A stretch of 63,456 bases of DNA, counting the filler, from Rhabdomonas costata (lineage: Eukaryota), in assembly GCA_019059605.1 (NCBI GenBank). It is 30 parts of 30 records of this genome, joined end to end, with 100 filler letters (N's around TTAATTAATTAA, not from the genome) between each part and the next. Parts side by side here need not be neighbours in the genome. Positions count along the whole stretch, not along the records: positions 50,851 to 52,866 come from JAHMHO010006383.1; positions 52,967 to 54,987 come from JAHMHO010006384.1; positions 55,088 to 57,104 come from JAHMHO010006385.1; positions 57,205 to 59,221 come from JAHMHO010006386.1; positions 59,322 to 61,339 come from JAHMHO010006387.1; positions 61,440 to 63,456 come from JAHMHO010006388.1; 24 more parts are not named here. The stretch is one strand, 5' to 3'. Under the pieces are notes generated by a model, which was given only the letters and a program-made list of their open reading frames with translations, was not told the DNA's origin and did no database searches. The stretch's first letter is position 1, and each line of letters begins with the position of its first letter. Position numbers and translations under genes: made by a program. Positions 52,728-63,456 of the stretch are shown one piece after another.

Positions 52728-53673
52728 CTACAGAAACACAAACCACCAGCCTGCTCCACACACAACGCAGAAACGAGAAGAGACGGAACAACTAGGCCCG
52801 GAGCTCCGAGCTCCAAGTTTCCAATTTATCCCCAAATGCACCCTCCAACAACCCTCTTGAAAAAACNNNNNNNNNNNNNNNNNNNNNNNNNNNNNNNNNN
52901 NNNNNNNNNNTTAATTAATTAANNNNNNNNNNNNNNNNNNNNNNNNNNNNNNNNNNNNNNNNNNNNGTTTTGGTTTGTATGTTTGCAACGTTTTGAATGT
53001 CTGTTGTTCTTTGGTGTTGTCGTTACTGTGGATGGTTTTTTCACGGCCTCATCCCATTCCAAGCCCGAAGCCGCGTGCACTCACCCCGACAATACTGGTG
53101 GACTTCTTTTTGTACAATTGTGGGCTCCCTTTTCTTCGGGATTTGCGGGTTGTGGCACCAGTTCGCACCCAGGCATGTCCACGCGGCTTTGGGTGGCCTA
53201 ATGGATCTTCAGGGGAGGGAAAGGTTGTGATAACGGTTAACAGTCTCCGGTACCAATGTAACCGCCATACCAGTGATATCCGAAAACTCAAAAAAGATTT
53301 GTATTAGATGCGTTTGTTTCGGTGAGGTGGTCTTGTTCACCCACCCACACACCCACACACACAAGGAGTAGCCCGCTGAGGAGTAGCCGCTCATGCGCTT
53401 TGACGGCGACGGACGAGTGGGATTTGTTTAGGAGGCAAAGGTCAGCCCCCGGCGTGCGTGGATGCGAGGAACGTGGCCTGCAGGGCCTGCAAGACATTTT
53501 TTTTCGTATTGTCCACTGTAAACTCAGAAGTGCGGCACCACGCAGGGCTGGGTTCAAGCTCGAAATTCAATCCTTGACTGACATTGTCTGTCGAAGATTT
53601 CCCAGCTGGCTTCAGAACACAACACGAACACACAACCTGAAGAGCAGGTCCAGCTCCCCCCCGAAAACCTTTG

Positions 53674-53723
53674 TCTGGCTTCAAATGCAAATGAGTTATC
53701 TGGCTTCAAATGCAAATGAGTTA
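53674..53723. repeat. Exact 25-bp tandem duplication
   Basis: TCTGGCTTCAAATGCAAATGAGTTA x2. Confidence 0.95.
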
Positions 53724-54133
53724 CCAAAGGCTGAGTTTTCATTCAAGAAAATATTCGGCTGGGGGGGGTGGGGTTCACTCCAGCAGGACAGGCAGGAAAG
53801 CTCAGCAGACTGCTGCAGTACGTTGCGTTGCGTTTGAACATCGTATCGCTATCCCTTCTTTACGATGCCGTGCATTGCATTCCACAACGCCACGGCACGA
53901 ATAGCCAACGCTGCTGTGCGTTGTATTATGTTGCGGGCACACCATACTATGTTGCGTTGCGTTACATAAATTACGGTACCAAACCCCAGGTCAGTTTACA
54001 TTCCAGTCGCCACGTTCCTCTACTTTGCAGTACAGTTTGGTGCCGTATCGTCAGTGGCATACGTCCTCTTCTTGGCTTTTCCTCTTCACTGCTCATCGCA
54101 GCATACTCCTGACAACCCGCTCCCCCCACCCCT

Positions 54134-54205
54134 ACACGCGCGCGCACACGCACACGCACACGCACACGCACACGCACACGCACACACACACACACACACA
54201 CACAC
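54134..54205. repeat. (GCACAC)n/(CA)n microsatellite
   Basis: Seen directly. Confidence 0.95.
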
Positions 54206-55122
54206 GAAAATGGACCTGGAGACTCGGAGCTCCCATACAAGGAAAACGTTTTCCCTGACGAAGTCTGACCGTAGGCGAAGATCGTACCATTGTATCCTGA
54301 AAAAAGGTGACTTCATTGTGAAAGGAGAAAGTGGAGAGACAAGAAACAGGAAACAGAAGAAAAATCGAGACAATGAAAACAAAAGCAAATTCAAGGGTCC
54401 CACCTTTCATCGCAGCTTCTACAACCGGCTTCCCGACAGAACTGTAAACCTGAGCGTTGTCTTCTTGATCGCCAATCGCAGAATCAAAGCAAAAGCTTCC
54501 ATGATCCACAGTTTGCACCACATTTCCCTCAACTTGAACCCACCGCTGAAAGTCGACAAGCAAAAAAAGGAAATCCAACAGAAATAATGCAAGAGGAGAC
54601 ATTTCACTCAAAATAAAGGCACCTCTTCTCTGGCGCAGAGTTCTCTTTCGTTGAAAGGCCGTAGCCTAACAGAAACTGAAACGTTGTCCATTGTATTCAT
54701 GCAGAGAAAGACAACTAGAAAAGAACAAAACCATCCAACATCACAACTCCAACTATTATTTTAGGGGGAGGGGGGCCACTACCCTCGGGCTGCTTTACAC
54801 CTCCCCTCCCAAACACCACGAAAGATCCCAGCTTTCTCTCGAGCTCGAGCTGCACAATAGAATTCTTATTAGTTACAAAAACACCTTAACTCAGAATCTC
54901 TTCTGATAATTCCGCATGGCTATTTCCTCAAACTATCTATGTGTATCTCAATTTCTTACCCTTGTCCTCACGTCACACAACCGTAATNNNNNNNNNNNNN
55001 NNNNNNNNNNNNNNNNNNNNNNNNNNNNNNNTTAATTAATTAANNNNNNNNNNNNNNNNNNNNNNNNNNNNNNNNNNNNNNNNNNNNGGTGGGGGGTGGT
55101 AGGCAAAAAAATGAGGTTGAAC

Positions 55123-55358
55123 CCTCGGCCCACTGAGACCCGTCAGGGCTCAGAGTGGGCAGCAGACCGCAAACGTCACAGGTGCCCGCGGAGGTGATGA
55201 AGTCCGAGATCTGGAATCTGGAATAGTTCACAGACAGCCCCATGGTGAATGACGTGGTGTCAAGATGCAGCGAGACCCGGCGAGCCACACCATTCGTTGC
55301 TGATGGCCTAAATGCCGTGAAATCGATGACCTTCTCAACTTGTGGTTGGCCGAATGCG
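55123..55358 (-). CDS. Internal exon of unknown protein with a pepsin-like motif variant (VSLHLDTTS)
   Basis: 236-nt CAG/GT-bounded open exon; fold assignment is speculative. Confidence 0.4.
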
Positions 55359-56265
55359 CTGTTGATTCATGGCACCAGGTCTGTTCTGACGGAAGCAACC
55401 AGGAATCACCTTGCCCATAACACCCATCAGCGGAAGATTTGCACCCAAAGCAAAACTCAAAGCGCCGGGCGCGCCATCGTCCAGGGATCGTGGAGATGAA
55501 AAAACGGGAGGGTGTGCCACCTAATAGTCTGGGCAGCAAGATGGGAGAGCGAATGAAAGTCTTTTTTGGACGAAAATGGTCCACACGGACAACCCTTGAC
55601 CTCTCAAAAATAGTCAGAAGATTGTTTTCCGATTTCTTGCGTTCTTGTGTGAACCAGTAATACCAATCAACGCAATCGCCAAACCACACCCCTGGAAGAG
55701 AGTTCTGCGGTGTGACTCAAGGCTTCCAAAAATTGAGTGATATAGTTCTCAAAGTATGTGCTGAGGGGCTTCTTTGCCCTTCCGCACCGTGAGACCAGGA
55801 AGGCCATATCAAGGTCCGAGCATGTCCACCCATAAGCGACTTCAGAAGAAGACCCCCGACCTGTGGTGGTCCAAATCAGGACGCATGCGAACCCAAAAGA
55901 TACATCCAGCGTTTCAAAAATGCACCGCGCTCAACGACAAGATGCACTTCCTCCGGGAAAAATGCAATGACCACGAAGGCCACCAACCTGGCACATTCCC
56001 AGTCCAAAAGCTTGCGCGTCACAGCAGTGTCGGAAGGGGGCGGAAAACTCACACGCTATATACTGCCCAGCCCCCCACCTCTGAAAAAAGTGACCAAGCG
56101 CAAGCGCAACCCCTGCGGAAGCGAGGCAGGGACAAACGGGGGAGATGGGGAGGCAAGCATGAACATGACAACAAGTAGCAGCACAGATATGCTCCCCCCC
56201 TCCTTCCCGGGAGAACCCTCCTCGCTGCAGGGAGATGGGGCCACTGTGTAATTGAGTTGGAGACT

Positions 56266-56890
56266 TTAGAAGTCGTCGGGGTACTTGCCAGCGTTCTTGT
56301 ACTCCTTGACCAACCCCAGCTGCTCCAGGGGGTTCCGGACGAAGGAATTGGTGTAGTAGCCCCAGTTCATCCAGTACTCCTCACCGTACTCGCGCTCATA
56401 GGTGTACTGAGTGTGTGTGTAAGTGAGGTGAAAGGGGTGAACTCTGAGTTGAGCAGCTGGATGAGAGTGAGAGAGAGTGAGAGAGAAAACAGGCCAAGCT
56501 CTAGCACACCAAAACTTGTAGAGGAAGAGGACATTTTGGCGGCTTGGCTGGGAGTGCTACCTTGCTTGTCAAACTTGCTGCTTCTATGACTTCAGGGCCA
56601 TTTCAGATTTCGAATTTCAAGGTCTGCTGCATAGGTGTATTGCCAATTCTTTGTATCTCGCACAGAGCTGGGTTGTGGGGCGTTTAAAAACTGCTATGCT
56701 GCTCGGCAACATAGAAATTGCAAGTTGGTGGGTGCAACTGGTTGCACCAGATTTCCCAACCCAAGAGAGAGAGAGAGAGAGAGAGGCGACCTGCAGGGTC
56801 AGGCACTGCCAGATGTGCTTGAACAGGTGGGGGTACCGGAATGCGTACAGCCCAATGACCAGAACCCAGGGTCCGTAGAGCAGCAAGAAC
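56266..56890 (-). CDS. Unknown single-pass membrane protein, last two exons (56890-56791, 56406-56266)
   Basis: FLLLYGPWVLVIGLYAFRYPHLFKHIWQCLTLQ|YTYEREYGEEYWMNWGYYTNSF...PDDF stop; strong G/C third-position bias. Confidence 0.75.
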
Positions 56891-56977
56891 CTGATGGAAA
56901 GAGAAATTCCGACTTCAAAACACAACTGTAAAGTGTTCGTTGGCAGTCGTTTTTGCACAAATTTGATTGACTAGGTT

Positions 56978-57104
56978 GACCTCTTTCTCCCCTCCTTCTG
57001 TGACGTGCCAACGGCCGTCGACGTCTCAGTCGTCCACCCGCTGCACCCTTCGCGCCCAGCGCAAACGGCGGTGACGGCTGGGGCGGCGGCTGAAGCTCGC
57101 GCGG
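56978..57104 (+). mobile_element. 5'-truncated CRE-like non-LTR fragment (RLE endonuclease)
   Basis: DLFLPSF...PTAVDVSVVHPLHPS...AGAAAEARA, the PD-(D/E)xK RLE region. Confidence 0.75.
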
Positions 57105-57539
57105 NNNNNNNNNNNNNNNNNNNNNNNNNNNNNNNNNNNNNNNNNNNNTTAATTAATTAANNNNNNNNNNNNNNNNNNNNNNNNNNNNNNNNNNNNNNNN
57201 NNNNTGTAGGGGAGGGGCCACCACCCCTTCCCCCCTGCACAAAGAAAAAACGCAAGCCACATGGCGAAATACAAATGCAAAAAAAAATGGGCAGCTACAA
57301 AAATTTGGTTGCCAAAGGGAGTCCGAGAAGAGATAGCGGAATGAGAGGAGGTATCGGGGCAAAGGTGTGGCACTTTGCGGTTAAACCAGCGTACCACGCC
57401 GAGAGAGAGAGAGGGCAGGGAGGGGGGCAAGAGCTGCCCGGAATTGTCACGGGCTTCTCCGCCAACGAGACACAACGAGTGCCGACATGGACTGAGGTCG
57501 GTCGGGGATGGGTGACCTTCCTGACCTCCTCTCTCTCTC

Positions 57540-58774
57540 TTAGTAACCCGCCTCGGTGATGACGGCGCGGAGGGCGGTGGCGGAGGACTCCAGCTTTGCC
57601 TTCTCGTCGGGGCTAAGCTGGACGTCGAAGGGCTCCTGGGCCCCCGTGGCGTTGACCACCGTGGGCATGGCCAGGCAGCAGTTGTACTTCGGGATGTAGC
57701 GCGACACCGTCAGCACGCGATTGGTGTTGCTCAGGATGGCCTGCCACGGGGGGAGGGTAGTGGTGGATGGTGGGTGGATGGCGGTGGTAGGCGGGAGAGC
57801 GGATGAGTGATTGAATGATTCAGGGCTTCTGTTTTTTTGTGCATGGGGCGTTCACTGTTTTACGCCCTTAAGCGTTCAACACCGATAAATGATCGAAAAG
57901 TTTCAAACTCAAAAAATCGGCGCAGCATGGAACATTACACCTAACCCCCTATCGGCAAAAGAATCACCCCAGCGATTGAAAAAAAGCTTCCCCATAACAC
58001 GAGAAAATTTTTGTGTTTGACGGTTTTTAAACATGCAACACCGTGATCTCAAGCAAAGTCCAACGTTTGTGTGACCCCACCCCCTCCTATGCACCTCCCC
58101 ACGCGGCGGGCTGGCTTAGGTGGCCAGCCGCTGGCCTCCGCAAAAACAACGCTCTCCAATGGATCCACAAAGTTTTTTGATAGTTTTTTTTAAGGTTTAG
58201 TTCCAAACGTTTACTGCGTTTAACGCCCCTCCCCCTCCATACACTTATCACAGCGATTGCGACATTGGGGAGGGAGTGCGGGAAAAAGAGCATCGACGCA
58301 GCGATGTGGCCTTCCCTGGAGGGTCCCAATGGAAGACTGCGGGACCCGCGTTTACTCAGCGGTAGTTTTGCTCATCACGTAACTTAACCTGACCAAAAGG
58401 TACGTTATCTGTACATCCGCGGATTTACCCAGCCCACACAGGGCCCATTTTTCTCGACATTGCACCTCTCAACGGGCCCAAAAGCTCAATTTCATCAACA
58501 TCACGTTTTTGAGCGAAAAAGTACAATGCTCTCCAGTTGGCTCGGCGGCCTCTCTGGTCCTCCCCTGTTCTGAACCACCACACTGCCGTGGGGTTTGCCA
58601 CCCCCAGCTCCCCTCCTCAGCCCCTTTCCCTTTCCCTCACTCTCGGGGAGGGAGGGAGGGGGAGGGGACCTGCACGATGTGCACCACGGCCATCCCAATG
58701 GCGTAGCTCGTGGAGCCCTTCCTCTGAATGATCTCGTACGCCGCCCGCTTGGTCTTGGTGTAGATCTCCTCAAA
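57540..58774 (-). CDS. ldh: L-lactate dehydrogenase (LDH/MDH family), last two exons (58774-58670, 57740-57540)
   Basis: AAYEIIQRKGSTSYAIGMAVVHIVQ|AILSNTNRVLTVS...LAMPTVV...LSPDEKAKLESSA; GT-AG phase-0 intron. Confidence 0.9.
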
Positions 58775-60679
58775 CTGTGCAGGGGGTACAGAAATGACAT
58801 GAAAGGAGAGGAGAGCAAAAGGGGACGTCTTCAGTGGAAACAAAATCTGCACATCAGACAAACAGTGCAGCAAAGCGTCACGTGAGGCCGGTTTCTGTCC
58901 CCGGTCCACACAGAAGAATGGTACAAAACACAGAGGCCACCCTTTCCAAATCCAACCGCCAAGTTCTACTACTACTCACAGTCACCGCCTCAATGCGGGA
59001 AAGCTTGGCGGATGAAACCCCTGCCGTGCAGCACCAGCGCACGGGCGACTCTGCCTGGCGCGGCTTTGAAGCCACTCAGGGAGTTGCCCTAGAGATTTGC
59101 GAGAAGTTGAACTGCTGCATTTTTTTCTTGGAGCCTTCCAGCTGCAACCTCTACGAGCCTACTGACCTCCAAACCAATTTTCAAAGGTCACCCCGGAAAG
59201 AATGGAAGGGGGGGGGGGGCGNNNNNNNNNNNNNNNNNNNNNNNNNNNNNNNNNNNNNNNNNNNNTTAATTAATTAANNNNNNNNNNNNNNNNNNNNNNN
59301 NNNNNNNNNNNNNNNNNNNNNTTTGTTTGGTCCCCTCCATCCCCACGTACCTCTCCTCCGTGCCTGTCCCAGGGCCGCGCGCACACAAAGGCCTCCGTCC
59401 TGTCGGCCGTGTGCGAAGGTTTCCTACGTTTTCTTTGTGTTCGCGTCTTTTTGCGCATCGCTGCTGCGTTACGCTTTCCCTAAGCGCGCTTCCTGCCTGC
59501 TTTTTTCTTTCATCAAGTAAATATCGCGGCAAGGTCAGGAGTTCTACCCGCGGCTGGACTTCAGCAAGAAACAGGCAAATACCTCCATGCTGCTGCGTTA
59601 CGTTTTACGTCAGCGCGCTGCCCACCTCCATTTTTTGTTTCGTGTTCCGAGGGCATAGGTTTCCTTTGCTCCAACACGGCGGCTCCTTCTCCACACGCAT
59701 CCACGCAGACACACACGCACGTTTTTATTTTGCGGCTCTCTGTGCTCTGGTCTTTTTTGTTTTCTGTTGCACGTGTCTCAGGCTGCGGTTGACTTGCCTT
59801 GCAGAGTCTTAGCCGTGGAGGGCACACCCGGCAGTGTGGGTTTCTGTGCTGCGAGCAGCTGTGCTGCCGCTTCGTTGATTCTGGACTTTTCTTCCAAGAT
59901 GAGGCGGGGGAGGTAGGCCTTGCGATTTCAAGCGAGAGGCAGCAGGTACGCTGTCACGATTGCAGCACAGCAGTGGACACAATGAAGAGCAACGAGACAC
60001 CAAGTGTAGAGCCCTGCAAAAGCTGCCGTGGAAAGAGGACGAACTCTATTTGGCATCCGTGAATCCGTGCTGTCGTGTCCCTTTCGAACTGTAGAGCAGC
60101 GCTGCTGTTTTTTTTTTGCCAAGTGGACATTTTTGCAGTCTGGTGCACACAAGCGCAAAAATGCCGAGTATCGGCTATGTGCTAGAGAGGTCGCTTGTGG
60201 AATAGGTTTGATGAGCTAAAAGGCTGTCCTGCTTTTTACAGGAAGATGAATCGCCAATATTAGAATATTTTGAGCAAAGCGTACATGTGGTCCTCATGAG
60301 ACCGTTTAATCTCATCCGACAGCGTCCTTCGCAGGTTGCCTCCGCCTGGCTTTCTCCAGTGTCGCCGACGTTTTCATATGGGGGCGGTAAGATTCAGTAT
60401 GATCCTGCGTATTCCAGTCGTGCGGTGATCGTGTTCGTCCAAGTCGGGACTCACCACCGAGTTGTGGGTCTCACAGCCTCCAGCCGTAGACAATCCAAGC
60501 GCATGCACGCACGTCAACAAGAGACCGGTAGCCACACACAAAGCATCACCACCACGAGTCCTGCTGGGATGTTTCGGCTTCAGTTTACTTTTGGTTTATG
60601 ATGTTGTGGGGCTATGGTGTTGGGGTTCTGCCAATCTGGCTTCTTTTTTCCCCTTGCTGGTCCTTGTTGGGTTCTTCAT

Positions 60680-60995
60680 GCGTAGGAGGGTAGTTGGTGT
60701 CTGGGGTCTCAGAGATGCTGGTAGGTGGGCTGAGATGCACCCGTATCCTGAGGTATAGGAGGGGTCTTAGAGGGTGCGTAGGGTGGGTGCGCCAGCGACC
60801 ACCCGAAGTAGAGGGCACCTGCGGTAGACATCTTCCTGGTCCCACCTTGCGGCCACACCACCACCTTTAGACACCCCACCCTACATGCACCCACCGGGAG
60901 GGTAGGAGGGTCTCTTGGTGTCTAGGGTACCAACAGCCCACCTCAGTCCACCGGGGTAGTCTCACATCCCGGGGTCTCAAGAGGTGGTGGAGGTG
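60680..60995 (-). repeat. Satellite-like interspersed repeat, copy 2
   Basis: Homologous to 6360-6540; internal GGGTCTC/GGTGTC subunits. Confidence 0.75.
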
Positions 60996-61784
60996 TCGTG
61001 AATTTCGCGTGGTTATTTAAGTTCGCGTCGGTGTTTAATACGATTTTTGGATGCCTTTAGTCTTTGCCTTCATGCCTTCTGTGTTAGTGTTCCCGAGTCG
61101 AGGATTTCAGGGTATCGGTGTGTTGGGGTATTTGGGTTTCGGTCTCTGCCTTCGCCTTCTGCCTTCGGTTCTGCGGCTGTCCCTCGGGATATCCAAGTTG
61201 GTTTACGTAGTGAAGACATTTCCATCGACATCTGCATAGCTGGCCCCTAGCGAAAGACCTAAAGTGATCAAGTTAGCCTTCTGTACCTACTTTAGTTGAA
61301 AAGCGACCCTCGTATGCGAATGGAACTGGCAGGCTGGCANNNNNNNNNNNNNNNNNNNNNNNNNNNNNNNNNNNNNNNNNNNNTTAATTAATTAANNNNN
61401 NNNNNNNNNNNNNNNNNNNNNNNNNNNNNNNNNNNNNNNTTGTGGACATCTGGGCCGGTGTGTCTGTGTGTTTTTCTTTCTTTCTTTGTAAACCTTTGAG
61501 GACCCTCAGGGCCGGATCGGACAAAGTTGTCACTCTCCCTTTGTGTTTTTGAGAAGCCGACGTTCCCATGACCATGCGTATGGGCGCGTGTGGAATTTGA
61601 AGCTCAATCCTACATATTGAAATGGGGTCATGTAGGTCAGCCCTCAAAGGAAGCACCTCTAAATAATTGGCCCCCTCTCGGGTGTCGAAAAAAGATCAAC
61701 AAGAAGGCACACAGGGGACCAGGAGCGTGAAAATGAGTGTCTTCAAAGGTTTACAAAGAAAGAAAGAAAAACACACAGACACAC

Positions 61785-63456
61785 CGGCCCAGATGTCCAC
61801 GAGAAGGCTTCTGGAGAGGTTCAGTGGGCTGGTCATGTTCGGGATGTTGTAGGTGATGACCTGCGGAGGTGCGCGAGTGCGTCCACGTGAACCATAAGAA
61901 GAATATACAAAGCAACGCTAATAGTCTACACCACGACCAAAACCTACGATTCTATGCTGTACGGTCACGACTGCATTCAGGAAAGGCAACCAGGAAATAC
62001 CAGGAAATAAATCGATTCCGTCAGCATCAGAGACGCATCAGAGAACATTAAGACGTCCAGCTCTGTCCCAAACGACTTAGGCACCGCAAAAGACAATTCA
62101 AAGTGTCATAAACCGACACCGGCACTTGAAAATCGATGTGGGATTTTCATAACAAGTAACACGAATCACTGCGATCTTTACACAACAAAAAAGCAAACCA
62201 CAGGGACAACAGTCAACGGCACCAGGAGGGTCCCCGGGTATGCCATCCCGGGGTCAAGCGTCACCGCAAAGTCCAGCTGTGAAGGCGACAAAAGAACCCA
62301 TCAAAACCATTGGTCGCATCGTTTATTTACTCTGTGCAGTGACATTTTCCCTGCTCCCGAGCATAGTAACAGTCAAGGTCACCACCATCGATGAAAATGA
62401 AGAATAAATGCAATGGAATTCAGCGCACTTCCCACTAACCAAGACATAAGTGACACCTTTTGACATGTTCTTCAAGGAAAGGGCTGGCGGATGATATGTA
62501 TTGCCTCCACATTGCAAAACGCGCTTCCAAACCTGTGTGTCACCGAGTCATCATTCTGGGATTCAGACACTGGACAGCCTGTGGGGTTTTTGGAAATCAG
62601 GTTAAGAAATCAGTATTCGTGGGTCTTGTAGGTAGTGTGGGTACAGGGTACCGCTGGTGCCGGGTAATCCCCACACACACACTACTTTTCAAGAGCAGTA
62701 TTCGCACGTCCCCATGAAACGATAGACGAAGCAAAGGAAAGCAAGAGCGAGAGAGGGAGAGAGAAGACAGAAAAGGCGAAAAATCCAAAGGGAAGAAATC
62801 AGATCTTCCCTTTGAGGGGAGTGTCACTACAGCAACCGCTATACATCCACACCCCATCCACAGAGACTCTTTAAAGCGCTGGGGGCACCCTTTTCCGCTG
62901 GCAGAGTGTCCCCTTAAATGATTATTAAAGCGCCAGCCCGTGAACGACGATGGTTTGCTGGGAGGGGAATCCTGCAGAAATGCTGTGGGCATATGATTCA
63001 GCAGTCTGAATCCCTGCGTGCACCAGCACGCCGCCAAAAGCTGTCGGAACTCCGTCTGGAATGGGACCAGGTAAGTTTAAGCTGACAAATATTGTTTCGT
63101 GACTCCTGTGAAGAACCGGGAACCGAAATCGATCGTGCTCGTGTCTTTTTCAACCCTAACCCCCAAAAAAATGCACCCTGCGGTTGAAGTTATGAAGAAG
63201 CCCCCTTTTGATCTGGTTCAACATGGAGAAAATACTCACAGCCAACACGGCATTAAGCAAGCAAGAAAATACATTTGGGAAGGCTGTCACGCCCTCGTTC
63301 GCGCTCGAACCCAGCTGCAGCGTCGCATCCGACTGGGCCCCAGTGAACTGCGGGGCCCACGCCTGCAGCAACGGCAGCACCGCCGGCGGAGACAGCCCTC
63401 CCAACACTACCGCCCCGGCTGCCCTTGGTGGGGCGATCGCCAAAACCATCACCGCA
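61785..63456 (-). CDS. Protein with a PstS-like periplasmic-binding domain; exons 63456-63273, 62276-62199, 61860-61785
   Basis: Signal-like start, then VLPLLQAWAPQF...GSSANEGVTAFPN|LDFAVTLDP...LVPLTVVPV|VITYNIPNMTSPLNLSRSLLVDIWAG, colinear with the PstS consensus. Confidence 0.8.

Noticed and set aside
53364-53486. GADLCLLNK as an ankyrin-repeat exon
   Set aside because: The phase of the nearest upstream exon (54108-54063) selects a different frame, and one short motif is insufficient.
53971-54611. Overlapping ORFs with HTHT/VRVR/CVCV runs (also 625-975)
   Set aside because: These are translations of microsatellites.
62900-63078. AAACTTACCTGG (minus strand) as a U1 snRNA 5' end
   Set aside because: No U1-70K loop (GATCA), no convincing U1A loop or Sm site; it lies inside an intron of the PstS-like gene.

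Overview
This window is not contiguous DNA. It is 30 unrelated contigs of about 2.02 kb joined by artificial 100-nt spacers (N44-TTAATTAATTAA-N44, stops in all six frames), so no gene neighbourhood can be read across a spacer. Most contigs come from an intron-rich eukaryote (protist) using the standard code, with GC-rich exons and GT-AG introns. A euglenozoan/euglenid source is my inference, mainly from the bacterial-type enolase. Splicing exons by hand gives fragments of calcineurin A, a bacterial-type enolase, L-lactate dehydrogenase, a MAP kinase kinase, a PKD2-like channel, a PPR-like protein, a PstS-like binding-domain protein, a CEP76-like C-terminus, an EGF-repeat surface protein, an intronless Upf1-like SF1 helicase and several coiled-coil or unknown proteins. 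Mobile DNA includes a decayed Ty3/gypsy pol, two CRE-like (RLE) non-LTR fragments and a probable piggyBac relic. The most striking contig is very AT-rich and closes on itself as a 1893-bp circle or tandem unit carrying only the N-terminal half of a frameshifted Polinton/Maverick-type protein-primed PolB. Smaller signals are a tRNA-like tandem pair with a compensatory stem change, a dispersed satellite-like family and TAAACGTTTAG palindromic arrays. Fold-back inverted repeats and low-complexity tails at contig ends are library artefacts. All family calls rest on motifs recognised by eye; no database searches were run.
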